Shown piece by piece: positions 1 to 10,455 of a stretch of DNA of 64,000 nt. The first letter of the stretch is position 1; every line of letters starts with the position of its first letter. Origin of the DNA: a virus. The stretch is taken from IMG/VR virus record IMGVR_UViG_3300020186_000001, positions 44,330 through 108,329 of that record; one strand, 5' to 3'. The notes beneath the pieces were generated by a model. That model was given only the letters and a program-made list of their open reading frames with translations, did not search any database and was not told the origin of the DNA. The position numbers were made by a program, and so were the translations under genes.

Positions 1-753
1 TCAGATACGGTTCCAGAGAACGCTCGCATCACGATTCGCAATACGCTGAGCTATCTCTATAAAACATACTTTGTGAACTATCTTTCAAACAGTTCAGGTC
101 AAACTCAGTCGGTAGGCCAGACATTTGCTGCTGGGACAGAGCGTCTCGGTGTTTATAGAAACGGCATATACTTGATGAAGACTTTGAGTCTTGGATCTCC
201 TATTGACCGCTTTGTCGAGCAATCAAGTATCGCTGTAGAACTTGGTGTGACGGCTGATGCACTGACAGGTTTCGCGTTCGTCCATCAAGCCAAGGCTCCT
301 GTATTCAAGCAATCTCAAACAGGTGTGACTGGTGCTGTGTTGACGGTCCCATCTCACACGGTCACAAGCGACGCATTAAGAATCTATCGCAATGGTCTTA
401 TGATGAATAAGTCTGGATTTGGTGGCATTTCTGAGCAGTACGCAGACACATCTGCTACGTCAATTACTTTGGTTGATCCAGCAATAATCAGTGATTATTT
501 TATATTTGAATACATGGATGCTGCTCCAACTTGGAGACAAGATATCACCGGAGTTGTTGGTGTCACGGTGACATTTTCTTCCGTGTATGTTCTTGGGAAT
601 AAAAAGTTGCTAGTATGGAGGAACGGAATTCTCCTCTTCAACTCAGCAACTATTGGTTTGCCAGGCGACAGATACCAGGAAGCTACGACTTTGACGATAA
701 CGCTCGGAGTCGCTGCTGCCTCTGGGGATACATTCACAGCGATCTATCAATAG
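1..753 (+). CDS. Virion structural protein, 5'-truncated, with repeated beta-rich [VI]-[YW]-RNG modules
   Basis: Frame open from base 1; three repeats LGVYRNG/LRIYRNG/LLVWRNG; structural context. Confidence 0.65.
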   Translation, partial: SDTVPENARITIRNTLSYLYKTYFVNYLSNSSGQTQSVGQTFAAGTERLGVYRNGIYLMKTLSLGSPIDRFVEQSSIAVELGVTADALTGFAFVHQAKAPVFKQSQTGVTGAVLTVPSHTVTSDALRIYRNGLMMNKSGFGGISEQYADTSATSITLVDPAIISDYFIFEYMDAAPTWRQDITGVVGVTVTFSSVYVLGNKKLLVWRNGILLFNSATIGLPGDRYQEATTLTITLGVAAASGDTFTAIYQ

Positions 754-764
754 GGAGTTTTGGG

Positions 765-1874
765 ATGCCAATTCAATCAAATCAAATTTCAGATAAACCG
801 ATTGTCCAAGGTGCGGTAGCTGTTGCACCAATTACTGGAGCTGGCAAAGGTGCCTTCTACCCAAAAGACATTGGTGCAGGCCAAATCGAAGGCTTCTGGG
901 TCGATGAAGCTGGGATTGAGACTCAAATCACCGAGAACGGCTCAGTCAAGGGTGCTGGAGGCGGAGGAGGCGGATCGGTTAGCGATATTGCTTTCCCTTC
1001 TGGCTGGGATGGAGATGCAACGGGTGCTCCTTCTCGCAACGCAGTCTTTGATAAGATTAGTGCGATGGATACAGCGATCTCTGGCAAACAAGCTACGCTA
1101 TCAATACCAACTCAAGCTGAGGCTGAGGCGGGTGTTGCGACCACTGCAAGAGCTTTCACGGCTCAAAGAGTCGCTCAGGCGATTGCTGCTCTTGCACCTG
1201 GTGGTGGTGGTGGATCAGTTAGTGATGTCCCTTTTGCTGGAAGCTGGGATAGCGTAACAACGATTCCTCCTTCTAAAAATGCTGTTTATGACAAAATCAC
1301 TGCGATGGACGTAGCGATCTCGTCCAACGCCTCGTCTCTCGCTGGGAAACAAGCCGCACTCTCCACTGTGGTGCAAGTCGAGGCTGAAGCCGGAGTCGCC
1401 ACTACTGATAGAATATGGACTGCTCTGAGAGTTAAGCAGGCTATCTTGGCTTTGTCTCCTGGAGGCGGATCAACAGTTGTCCTCCACAGGCGTGTAACTA
1501 CTACGAATGCTAACGATGTTCAGATTATTGCCTACGGTGCTTCTGCCGACATTGCGGCGATCACTGTCGTGAAGAGTTCAAATGGTGTCACACTGTCAAC
1601 CATCCCTGCGGGGGTCCGACTGATCAGTGTTCAATCTTTTTTTAGTGGTGCCGATGTTGGGGCAAACACAAGCGTTTCAATAAGTTATCCCGATCCAAAC
1701 GGAGCAACGACTTTGGCCGAGTCAATTTTGCCAACGATGACCCGATACACCACTGCGTTTAATCCATTTGGGACACAGGCTGGAACTATCGTGAATAACG
1801 CAGGGGTTATCACAGCGACACACTCAGGTGGGGTTGTAGCAAATAACTCTGCGGCATTGAAACTAGTATTCTAA
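765..1874 (+). CDS. Tail-fibre-like structural protein with a tandem internal duplication of about 85 aa
   Basis: ATG 765 after GGGAG; two copies of GGGGSVSD..W....PSxNAV[FY]DKI.AMD...EAEAGVATT. Confidence 0.65.
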   Translation: MPIQSNQISDKPIVQGAVAVAPITGAGKGAFYPKDIGAGQIEGFWVDEAGIETQITENGSVKGAGGGGGGSVSDIAFPSGWDGDATGAPSRNAVFDKISAMDTAISGKQATLSIPTQAEAEAGVATTARAFTAQRVAQAIAALAPGGGGGSVSDVPFAGSWDSVTTIPPSKNAVYDKITAMDVAISSNASSLAGKQAALSTVVQVEAEAGVATTDRIWTALRVKQAILALSPGGGSTVVLHRRVTTTNANDVQIIAYGASADIAAITVVKSSNGVTLSTIPAGVRLISVQSFFSGADVGANTSVSISYPDPNGATTLAESILPTMTRYTTAFNPFGTQAGTIVNNAGVITATHSGGVVANNSAALKLVF

Positions 1875-1884
1875 GGATGAACTA

Positions 1885-2733
1885 ATGGCGAATGCAATTT
1901 TTAATGCCAAAATAACTCTAACGAGTTCTTCAGCAACAGTGAATGCTGATGAGTTCAATATCGTCGGAGCTGTCGTTGACAACGAGGGACTCTACAGCGG
2001 CATTGATCCTGTAGTTGGAGACATTCTGATACTAGATACGGCAGGCACTGAGCCTGGGACTGTTTCAAAATACAAAATACTTTCTTTCACATCTCAAACA
2101 TTCGGTGCGATTTCTGCGAAGATTAAATACGATGATATTGGAACTGCCATTGATCCAACCGGAGCGGTCGGCATTGGTGGAATGATCTGTAGTGCATCTG
2201 CGAGTAGCAAGTTTCCTTGGCTTCCAGCGATTGACACACAGGGCTTATCAGTAAAGCTTTTCATATTCGCAAAAAACATCCTTGAAAGACAAAAGATTGA
2301 TGGGAATTTAAGCGGAGGCGGAGGTTCATCTAATCAGAAGATTATGATTGGTGGATCAGCCTTAGCTGCTGGAGTTCCGGTTTCAAAGAATCCAGCAACT
2401 GGCAAAGTCATTCTTGCCGACTCAGACGGAGTTGGCACTCAGCAATTTTACGGCGTCACTATGACAACTTGTGCTGGCGATGGAAGTCCTGTCACAGTCC
2501 AACTTCCTGGTGCAAATTTAGCTGGAGTATTGACTGGTCTAGGATTTGCGGTTGGTGATGAGATATTCATGGGAGAAACTGCTGGCTCGTATGTGAACGG
2601 AGCTGGCGTTGATGCTTTTGTCGGAGCAAACGATTCAATCTTTAAACTGGGGATAGCAGACTGTGCAGCGAGTGCTGCCAGTGCGACTGCTGTTGACTTA
2701 ATACTTCTTCCAGAAGTAGTAGCGAGACCATGA
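1885..2733 (+). CDS. Virion structural/decoration protein
   Basis: G/A/S/T-rich; C-terminal domain resembles that of 2977..4335. Confidence 0.55.
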   Translation: MANAIFNAKITLTSSSATVNADEFNIVGAVVDNEGLYSGIDPVVGDILILDTAGTEPGTVSKYKILSFTSQTFGAISAKIKYDDIGTAIDPTGAVGIGGMICSASASSKFPWLPAIDTQGLSVKLFIFAKNILERQKIDGNLSGGGGSSNQKIMIGGSALAAGVPVSKNPATGKVILADSDGVGTQQFYGVTMTTCAGDGSPVTVQLPGANLAGVLTGLGFAVGDEIFMGETAGSYVNGAGVDAFVGANDSIFKLGIADCAASAASATAVDLILLPEVVARP

Positions 2734-2960
2734 TGGGCTTTCCAATGAACAACGTCCTAGAGATTCTAAGCCGAGATGAGGACAATATGACTGTCTTGGT
2801 TGAGAACATAAAAGACCCAGAAGTTGCGAGCAAGGTTGAAGCGTTAGTGAATTTGATTCAGGCAAAGCACGAAAGTTTTTCAAAAGAAGTTAGTTTGGCA
2901 GCCGATACGGCTGGTTCGAAAGTCACCGTGAAATCATTCATTGTGATGCAAACAACTTAG
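2730..2960 (+). CDS. Hypothetical protein
   Basis: ORF coupled to the upstream gene. Confidence 0.55.
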   Translation: MMGFPMNNVLEILSRDEDNMTVLVENIKDPEVASKVEALVNLIQAKHESFSKEVSLAADTAGSKVTVKSFIVMQTT

Positions 2961-2976
2961 CGAAAGGGAATTAGAC

Positions 2977-4335
2977 ATGGCGAATTTTGACTTATTAGTT
3001 ATTGGCACAGGCGGTAGAAACGAGCGTAAGCCGTCTTCTGCTCAAACAATTGACTTTACAGGGGTGCGAATTGGCGCATCCAATCTAACGATCACAGAAT
3101 CGTCTGGCAAGTTTGACATGGGCGGAATCATCGTTGGCAACATCGCCGACGGTGCGGCTGCTGGTCAAGCACTAAGCTTCAGTCAACGCGGAGCTAACAA
3201 CGGTGTCGCAAGTTTAGATGGTGGCGGTAAAGTTCCAGTATCTCAGCTTCCATCGGCAGTCATGACCTACGAAGGTGTGTGGAATGCTACCACCAACTCT
3301 CCATCTTTGGCTGACGGTGCTGGCGACGCTGGTATGGTCTACCGTGTCGGTACTGCTGGCTCGCAAAACCTTGGTTCTGGATCAATCTCTTTTGATGTTG
3401 GCGACTATGCAATTTATAACGGCACAGTTTGGGAAAAATCTGACACTACTGACGCAGTAGCTTCTGTAAACGGCCAAACAGGTGTCGTTGTTCTAAGCAC
3501 AACTAACATCGCTGAAGGCACAAACCTCTACTTCACAGACGCCAGAGCTAGAACCGCTGTCATCACTCAGGTGATCACCAACGGTGTTGCTGATAGATCT
3601 CCTTCTGAAGACGCAGTGTTTGACGCTCTTGCTCTTAAAGCGGCCAGCGTCCACACTCACGTTGCTGCCGATGTCACTGACTTCACCGCTGCTGCCAAGG
3701 CTGCTACTGTAGCTGACGCGATTGCTGATGGCGTTACCGATGTCGCTCCTTCTCAGAATGCAGTGTTTGATGCACTGGCACTTAAAGCCGCTTCGTCACA
3801 CACACACGTTGCTGCTGATGTTACTGACTTTACTGCCGCTGCTAGAGTGGCTGCTGTAGCTGATGCCATTGTTGATGGCGTTACCAACGTAGCCGCTTCC
3901 CAAAACGCAGTGTTTGATGCACTGGCTCTGAAGGCAGACGCTTCTAGCATCTCAGTTCCAACTCTTTCTAAGACCAATGACAACGGTGGCTCAATCACTG
4001 TTCGCCAAGCTGTCTACGTCAAAGCAAACGGCAATGTTGATCTAGCTCTTGCTGACGGATCTGTCGCACTAGAAGATTTTGCTATCGGTCTAGTGGCTGT
4101 CGCTTCGATTGCTACAACTGCTGCTGGCAACATCTTGTTTGCAAAAGGTGATCTAGTTAGCGGATTCTCTGGTTTGACTCCTGGTAGAAAGTATTATGTT
4201 TCCCGTACTTCTGGTGGAGCGATTGCTCTTTACTCTGCCATTTCTTGGGTTGCTGGCGACAAAGTGCAAATGGTTGGTCGCGCCTTAAGTGCGACCGTTC
4301 TTGAATTTGACCCATCTTTTGAATTCCAATACTAA
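2977..4335 (+). CDS. Fibre-like structural protein with three repeats of about 49 aa (SxxAVFDALALKA...HTHVAADVTDF)
   Basis: GVASLDGGGKVPVSQLP phage-fibre motif; HTH repeats. Confidence 0.7.
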   Translation: MANFDLLVIGTGGRNERKPSSAQTIDFTGVRIGASNLTITESSGKFDMGGIIVGNIADGAAAGQALSFSQRGANNGVASLDGGGKVPVSQLPSAVMTYEGVWNATTNSPSLADGAGDAGMVYRVGTAGSQNLGSGSISFDVGDYAIYNGTVWEKSDTTDAVASVNGQTGVVVLSTTNIAEGTNLYFTDARARTAVITQVITNGVADRSPSEDAVFDALALKAASVHTHVAADVTDFTAAAKAATVADAIADGVTDVAPSQNAVFDALALKAASSHTHVAADVTDFTAAARVAAVADAIVDGVTNVAASQNAVFDALALKADASSISVPTLSKTNDNGGSITVRQAVYVKANGNVDLALADGSVALEDFAIGLVAVASIATTAAGNILFAKGDLVSGFSGLTPGRKYYVSRTSGGAIALYSAISWVAGDKVQMVGRALSATVLEFDPSFEFQY

Positions 4336-4399
4336 GTTTGAAGCTTGATCCAAAGGGGAGGCATTACGCTCCCCCTCCATTGAGTTAAAGGAAAAACCT

Positions 4400-4693
4400 G
4401 TGGCGTTACGATATTTACAAATTGAAGATACTACGGGGAGGGTGCAACGCGGCCCTGCAAGTGTCTCAGCCTCATGGACTGATGAGCAGTTCAGTGTTGG
4501 CGGTGGCGGTGTAGCCACAGTCTCCCTTGCTTCAACTATCACAGGCATCACCAAGATTGACGTGTATGTGAATGGAGTTTTGAGACGCGAGGGTGCCGGA
4601 AATACTTGGGTTAGAAATGTAACCCCTGCTAGAATTGATTTCGCTGAAACTATCCCACAAAACGCATGGATTCTTGTCAGAGTATGGAGTTAA
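4400..4693 (+). CDS. Small structural protein with one VYVNG module related to 1..753
   Basis: GTG start after AAGGA; IDVYVNGVL motif. Confidence 0.55.
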   Translation: MALRYLQIEDTTGRVQRGPASVSASWTDEQFSVGGGGVATVSLASTITGITKIDVYVNGVLRREGAGNTWVRNVTPARIDFAETIPQNAWILVRVWS

Positions 4694-4696
4694 TAA

Positions 4697-7600
4697 ATGC
4701 CTATAGATAAACAGCAGTCTACTCAGATGGTGAACGAGGCACAATTGCCCGTTCTTCGCACAACCGCTCGCCAAGAGCTTGCGGCTATCTTCGGCCTTCT
4801 CAACAGCGAGCTACAGTCTCCTTTGAGGTTGTTCGCAAGTGATCCGTCGGACGCACTTCTCAACATTGCGTCTAACGCGGTGATTGGAGCCGACGGAGCT
4901 AGAAAGACGATCCTGAGTGCAGATGATGCGATAGGGCTGTTTGCAGCCACTACGATTAACTTGCAGACTGCTGCAATTGTCGGTGGGACTGTCCAAGTTC
5001 AAGGAGCGGCCTTCGCTCTACCAACGACAACGATAGGTCAATTTAGAAGATTGGCCTTGGTTTACTCAAACTCAACGAACATCGTAAACACGATCTTCTC
5101 TGCTGCGGCTGCATCAGTTGCGGCCTTAAGCGATCCAGTCAACCTGTTCACAGCACTTGACGGAACGCCTATCGGGTACATTGATCTCGAAGCTACTGCT
5201 GCGAACGCTTTTAAAACTGCTGGCTCTGCTACATCTGTTGTAGAGAACTCTGTTGGTGGCACAGCACGCATCGTGAAGCCTGCCGCATCGGGTTCTGGCT
5301 CTGGAGGAGGCGGAGGCACTGATCTCAAGCTACAAGCGATTGCAGCGAACGTGGGGACTCTGAAGAAGGGGTTTCTACGCTATGACTCGACTCTAATCGG
5401 CCTTGAGGCTGATATCTCATTTAACCTTAAAACTGCGGTTAGCAGTCTTGGGGTTGTTGCTCCATCAGCATCGACTTCTTATTACCTGTATCTTGACATG
5501 GGAGCGTTGCCAGTATCCTTGACGACTCACGCGAGTGTTGGTTTTCAATATTACGCAGTCTCTTCTGGAACGACTGGAATGCTTGTGGTCTTAACTGCCG
5601 ACGCTTCGACAGTAGACCTTAGTCGCTACATCCCAATCGCCCTTCTTAGAACAGATGGATCCAGTAACTACGCACTAAAGGCTGATGCAGCAAGAAAGAT
5701 TCACAGCGGCCCAAGCGTCAATGTCTCTCCATTAGTCTACGAGGACTCTGATCACTCTATCGGAACTGTTGGATCTGCTGGTCAACTCGCAACTTATGGT
5801 AGTCTGGCGACAACAGATTTCCCAAACACTACGACACTCCACGTTTATGGTGGGAATGAGGCTTCCGGCACATCTCTGAACGACTCTGCATCCTCCCCTA
5901 TAGCTCTGACTGGGACTGCAACTCCTCTCTTCAACAGAGTTGGGTTCTTTGGAAGAGAGACGATACCTTCTACTCTAAACGGATCATCTCAATTCTGGTC
6001 TTCTACAAACGCTGAGTTCTCTTATGCAACTGCCTCTGGAGCTACAAGCTTTGGGGGATGGTTCTACAAAGAGAATTGGGCTGATGCTACAGCTAGGACG
6101 CTGATGTCCATTGGAACTGCGGCTGCTACCTGTATCCGCTTAAGTCTTACTACTGGCAATACGGTACGAGTAGAGTCATTCGCTACTAGCATCACTCCTT
6201 CTGCTTCGACTTCGGGAATGGTTGGATGGAATCATATTTCAGTGACTCTCAGCACTACGACTGCAAGATTGTACATCAATGGACAGTTGATTGGTTCTGC
6301 TACGATCACAAGTGGGACAACTGGGAATGGACTATTCGTTGGAGCACTTAACGGTGCATCCGAGTTCTCCAATATCTCAATTCAAGATGTCTTCATTCAC
6401 AAGGGTACAGTCTTAACTGATAGCCAAGTGAACGTCATTGCCTCTAAGAGATACAAAGGCAAACAGATTGCAGGCGGTCACGTCTTAGCTACAGATAGCT
6501 TTCCTCTAAACTCTTTAGCGAGCAAAGTTTCATACTGGAACTTAGCTACTTTGAATGACTCATCTGGAAATGGCAAGACTCTTACCAACGTAGGCTCCAC
6601 GCCATTCACTGGACTAGACATCTTCGGAGTGTCGGGTGTCGCGACTCTTGACGGATCATCTCAAAGGTTTACTTCTGCCGACGCACTCTTTAACCCTGGC
6701 AATACTCCATTCTCATACGGAGGATGGTTTAGCACTGACAATTGGGCTAGAAGCATTCAGCAGCTCATGGGAAATAATGGAGCATCTCACACTTGGAGAA
6801 TTCACACTGACACGACTGGAATTGTATTCACTTGTGGGACAAGTGCTCCTACAGTGGTTCCCAGCATTACTCCACAAGCTGGATCTTGGAATCACTTAGC
6901 TTCGGTGTATGATGGCACTGGCGCATGGTATCTCTACGTGAACGGTGTTCAAGTTGGGACATCCTCTAACACCAACACTGCCGCTGCTGGAACCTTTACT
7001 CTTGGAGCCAACACTGCTGGTTCTCAGTCATTCTTTGGCAGAATGCAAGATGTCTTCTTTGCCAGCGTAGCTTTGTCTGGACTAGACATTCTAAAACTTG
7101 CATCAGCTCGCATTGATCTTCCTTCCAATGTTGCGGTCAGACTTCAAGATCAAGACTGGAACGGTAATTTCATCTCTGAAGACGGTCAAACTGTAAACGA
7201 GCTAAGCGATGCGTTCTTAGTTGATAAAGACAACACTAAGATTTGGGCGTACTTCGGTGGAGGCTCTGCATCGAGAGTTAACCTTAGACTCTATGATGGT
7301 GGCCTTGGTGCGACTACGGTTCCAGTTCGTAAGTTTGACCGAAGCTACACTGCGGCACTGCCTACAACCATTGCTCACGGACTTCCATCGCGTCCTACGA
7401 GCATCGAGATTCAGCACAATGAGAATGCTGACGGCAGGTATGTAAACTTAAATGCTGAGACATATCTGAAGTGTGATGACACGAACATCTACACGACAAC
7501 ATCTTCGCTCACGATTGATGCGACAAGAGATGTCAGAATCGTAGCCTCTATCGGTGTACCTGCGATCGGAGCGGGCGGCGGGGCAACGTCTACCGTGGCG

Positions 7601-8293
7601 GGTACAGTCACTAGTTTTTCTCCCATTGTTTTGTCTGCAGTGAATACGGTTTCAGCCGCTGGCTACACAATTTTAACTGCCGATGGATATCAAACGATTG
7701 CCGTTTCCCTGATGTCAGGGGCCGACCGGACGATCACACTTCCAGCGACGGCGAGCAACGTGGGCCGAAAAATCAGCGTCGTGAGAACTGCAACCGACGG
7801 AGAGGGTTCGTACAGAGTAATCATTAACGCCGCAGGCGCAGATGTCATTTACGGCGGACACTCCATCACAGCAACCACGTTAAACTTAGATCGAAGATTT
7901 CAATGTACAACGCTAGAGTGCCTTGCGTCAGGCATATGGTCACAAGTGGAAGCGACGGGCACAATCATCTTGGCAGCAAACTTAGATGGTAATTTTACAG
8001 CAGGAGCAATTTACGCCTATCGAATCGGGAACTCGATCACGATACAAATTTCAAGCCCCGCATGGACCGCTGGATCAACCTCGCGGTCGACCTCAGCAAT
8101 CGTTTTACCGGCAGGGTTTCGTCCAGGAGTCAGAACAGTTTTTGCCTGCGCAGCTAGAAACGGATCCCACGGGTATGATGTTACATTTGTCGCTGAGACG
8201 ACGGGGATTATCACAGTTCAGACAAGCGACGGCGCGGCGTCTAGTATGGACGATTACGCGGGCATATCCGGGAGTATTCTAATAAGGTTTTAA
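4697..8293 (+). CDS. Large tail fibre/receptor-binding protein with two LamG/concanavalin-like domains
   Basis: SFGGWF...WNHI...RLYINGQLIG and SYGGWF...WNHL...YLYVNGVQVG; ITLPA...GR and LPAGFRP tip motifs. Confidence 0.8.
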   Translation: MPIDKQQSTQMVNEAQLPVLRTTARQELAAIFGLLNSELQSPLRLFASDPSDALLNIASNAVIGADGARKTILSADDAIGLFAATTINLQTAAIVGGTVQVQGAAFALPTTTIGQFRRLALVYSNSTNIVNTIFSAAAASVAALSDPVNLFTALDGTPIGYIDLEATAANAFKTAGSATSVVENSVGGTARIVKPAASGSGSGGGGGTDLKLQAIAANVGTLKKGFLRYDSTLIGLEADISFNLKTAVSSLGVVAPSASTSYYLYLDMGALPVSLTTHASVGFQYYAVSSGTTGMLVVLTADASTVDLSRYIPIALLRTDGSSNYALKADAARKIHSGPSVNVSPLVYEDSDHSIGTVGSAGQLATYGSLATTDFPNTTTLHVYGGNEASGTSLNDSASSPIALTGTATPLFNRVGFFGRETIPSTLNGSSQFWSSTNAEFSYATASGATSFGGWFYKENWADATARTLMSIGTAAATCIRLSLTTGNTVRVESFATSITPSASTSGMVGWNHISVTLSTTTARLYINGQLIGSATITSGTTGNGLFVGALNGASEFSNISIQDVFIHKGTVLTDSQVNVIASKRYKGKQIAGGHVLATDSFPLNSLASKVSYWNLATLNDSSGNGKTLTNVGSTPFTGLDIFGVSGVATLDGSSQRFTSADALFNPGNTPFSYGGWFSTDNWARSIQQLMGNNGASHTWRIHTDTTGIVFTCGTSAPTVVPSITPQAGSWNHLASVYDGTGAWYLYVNGVQVGTSSNTNTAAAGTFTLGANTAGSQSFFGRMQDVFFASVALSGLDILKLASARIDLPSNVAVRLQDQDWNGNFISEDGQTVNELSDAFLVDKDNTKIWAYFGGGSASRVNLRLYDGGLGATTVPVRKFDRSYTAALPTTIAHGLPSRPTSIEIQHNENADGRYVNLNAETYLKCDDTNIYTTTSSLTIDATRDVRIVASIGVPAIGAGGGATSTVAGTVTSFSPIVLSAVNTVSAAGYTILTADGYQTIAVSLMSGADRTITLPATASNVGRKISVVRTATDGEGSYRVIINAAGADVIYGGHSITATTLNLDRRFQCTTLECLASGIWSQVEATGTIILAANLDGNFTAGAIYAYRIGNSITIQISSPAWTAGSTSRSTSAIVLPAGFRPGVRTVFACAARNGSHGYDVTFVAETTGIITVQTSDGAASSMDDYAGISGSILIRF

Positions 8294-8457
8294 ATTTAGC
8301 GCGGGGTGTTGGTTCTATCGAGTCCCCAGGCACTTGGAATACAGTGCAGCTATTTGGCCACTCAAGCGGCAATACCCTGACGCCAACAGAGCGAACGCTA
8401 ATTATCAGGGATGTGCGAGAATGAATTCAGAATACGTCTCCGAAGGAGGACCAATAA

Positions 8458-8541
8458 ATGAGTAATCACTGGGTAATAAATAGTTCAACAAAGGCAATGA
8501 TTGATCCAGACAACGTAACTTGGACGGAGGTGCCAGCATGA
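8458..8541 (+). pseudogene. 27-aa remnant resembling a tail-fibre assembly chaperone (Tfa-like C-terminus)
   Basis: AAGGAGGA RBS; MSNHWVINSSTKAMIDPDNVTWTEVPA*; ATGA-coupled to next gene. Confidence 0.4.
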
Positions 8542-8990
8542 ATCCGATAGATACTAAACTAATAAGTCAGAGTACGGGTATAGTCAAAAGCATCGAATAC
8601 CTGCACAATTTTAACCAAACTGATGGGTCCAATACTACTGACTTTGATTATGGGCCCCAAGGTGCAAAATTTGGCACGATGACTGGCCAACAATTCAAGA
8701 GAATTTCTTGGAGGTTTCCACTTGGACCAGGCGATGTTTTAGAATTTGAACTTTCTGAGAACACCGGACAAAATTGGGCTAAAAATGCCGATTTTAGTAT
8801 GATATGTTCGTGGTCCCTACAAACAACAACTGTTTACGGCTATCAAGTAGCTAACTTTACAGCGACAACTGCTGATGTTTATTTTGGTTTGTATAGGAAC
8901 GTAGCCACCGGAGCCTATGGTGCAGCAGGATATGCGTGGACAGGGCTTAGCAGCCATCGCTGGAGAGTAAAGAAGACCGCTTATTATTGA
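8538..8990 (+). CDS. Stand-alone fibre-tip-like module
   Basis: GGAGG RBS; aromatic beta-rich sequence ending RWRVKKTAYY. Confidence 0.5.
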   Translation: MNPIDTKLISQSTGIVKSIEYLHNFNQTDGSNTTDFDYGPQGAKFGTMTGQQFKRISWRFPLGPGDVLEFELSENTGQNWAKNADFSMICSWSLQTTTVYGYQVANFTATTADVYFGLYRNVATGAYGAAGYAWTGLSSHRWRVKKTAYY

Positions 8991-9038
8991 ATAGTGCCTC
9001 AATGTGACTTTTAGCAAATTATGATAAGGGGTATTAAA

Positions 9039-9274
9039 ATGAACTTAAAACGAAATTCACTAGGGATCTTTTTATCTCCACTGTTGCTTTTGCTGCGCCT
9101 GGGGATCGCTACATTGAGAACCAAACGAGCAACAAAGACATCATCTTTCAGGTCAACAAAGCTGGCGTGAAGACTGAAGTCATGAGAGCGAATGGCACTA
9201 CTGGAGCTGTCTCTTTAAAGGGTGTCGCAAATACAAATAACTACGCAAAATTCTACGCTGTACGAGTGAGATAA
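9039..9274 (+). pseudogene. Frameshifted, probably internally deleted fibre-associated gene
   Basis: ATG 9039 frame shifts -1 near 9070 into ISTVAFAAPGDRYIENQTSNKDIIFQVNKAG...KFYAVRVR*. Confidence 0.45.
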
Positions 9275-9276
9275 CC

Positions 9277-10254
9277 ATGAAAACCTTGTTTCTAGTTCTT
9301 TTGCCCTTAATCACTAGCTGCGGTTGGGGACCATTCAAGAGGAAGCATGAGCAAGCAGACTCCACAACTCAAGGTCTTGACTTACTCGCCTCCAAAAAGC
9401 GACTCTACTGTGAACTGTCCAAAGACGCTTATGATAAAAAAGGGTATGTCGTTGCAAAATGCGACGGCTTATTATTCACAAGCCTGCGGGGGATTGGCTG
9501 CCAAGATGCTGATGTCAGAGCTTTCGAAAGCACAGATAGACCAGGAAGATGGTACAGAAGTCCAACGCATGATTGTTTTATCCCTTCTCAGGTGAATGTG
9601 GACAATGGAGCAAACTCCACTATCTCAAAAGACATGATACTCGGTCTCATGAACAACCTCTGGTATACTAAGAATCTAGCTGCTGTTGATCGAACTATTG
9701 AGTACGGCAAATCTCATAGCTGGATTATGGGCGAAGCCAAGGATGAAGCAACTGTCGCAAGCAAATGTGCGTTGTCTCCTGGCCTTATTTCAAACCTCTA
9801 CGATATGCAGAGTAAACTGAATGGATCAGGACTTAATATTACTGCTCCAAGCTCAGAGGACGATGCTGTTGGAGTCAACACTGGATTCAGAGCACACTTG
9901 GATGTTCTACACGTCATTTTTTCCGGCTCTTTGTATGGTGCTATTAACGATATTCAAATCTCGACGTTGAAGAACCAGGCTAAAAGAATGCCTCGCAATG
10001 CTATGTATCAAGCTGCGAAATCAGCTTATGACGGTGGAGATCAGTCTGCGGCAGTGTCTCTTTTGATGGATGAGAAAAGATTTCCTGCGGATCGTCTCCC
10101 GACATCTGCTGAATTTTGTTCAGATTACTTGTGGACAGATGATGACACCCCTAAAGATTGGGAGCCATGTCCCGATGGTAAGACTATCTATGAAGGACTT
10201 GACTTCATCATAGCCGCTTCAATTGCGGATGGATCATTCTTTAAGAGGCCGTAA
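9277..10254 (+). CDS. Lipoprotein of unknown function
   Basis: Signal peptide with lipobox-like LITS-C; several paired Cys. Confidence 0.7.
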   Translation: MKTLFLVLLPLITSCGWGPFKRKHEQADSTTQGLDLLASKKRLYCELSKDAYDKKGYVVAKCDGLLFTSLRGIGCQDADVRAFESTDRPGRWYRSPTHDCFIPSQVNVDNGANSTISKDMILGLMNNLWYTKNLAAVDRTIEYGKSHSWIMGEAKDEATVASKCALSPGLISNLYDMQSKLNGSGLNITAPSSEDDAVGVNTGFRAHLDVLHVIFSGSLYGAINDIQISTLKNQAKRMPRNAMYQAAKSAYDGGDQSAAVSLLMDEKRFPADRLPTSAEFCSDYLWTDDDTPKDWEPCPDGKTIYEGLDFIIAASIADGSFFKRP

Positions 10255-10455
10255 ATGAAACTCATCATCGATAGAGAAAAAACTGTCGATGAAGCTGAGA
10301 AGCGGAAAGCTAAGAACGCAGATCTTATTGCAAGAATGAAGGCTGGCGAATCAACCTCTCTTTATAGCCCTCAAGCAACATGGTTTCCTCCTAGACCTAT
10401 AATCGAAAAAGACAAAGATATAGTTAAAAAGCTTTTTGAGGTTGAAGATGAGTAA
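10255..10455 (+). CDS. Hypothetical protein
   Basis: Abuts upstream stop. Confidence 0.55.
   Translation: MKLIIDREKTVDEAEKRKAKNADLIARMKAGESTSLYSPQATWFPPRPIIEKDKDIVKKLFEVEDE

Noticed and set aside
4354-4376. GGGGAG/CTCCCC hairpin as a terminator
   Set aside because: No clear U-tract follows on the coding strand
4697-9274. DGR or invertible shufflon at the fibre locus
   Set aside because: No reverse transcriptase, TR/VR pair, invertase or inverted crossover sites seen in the window
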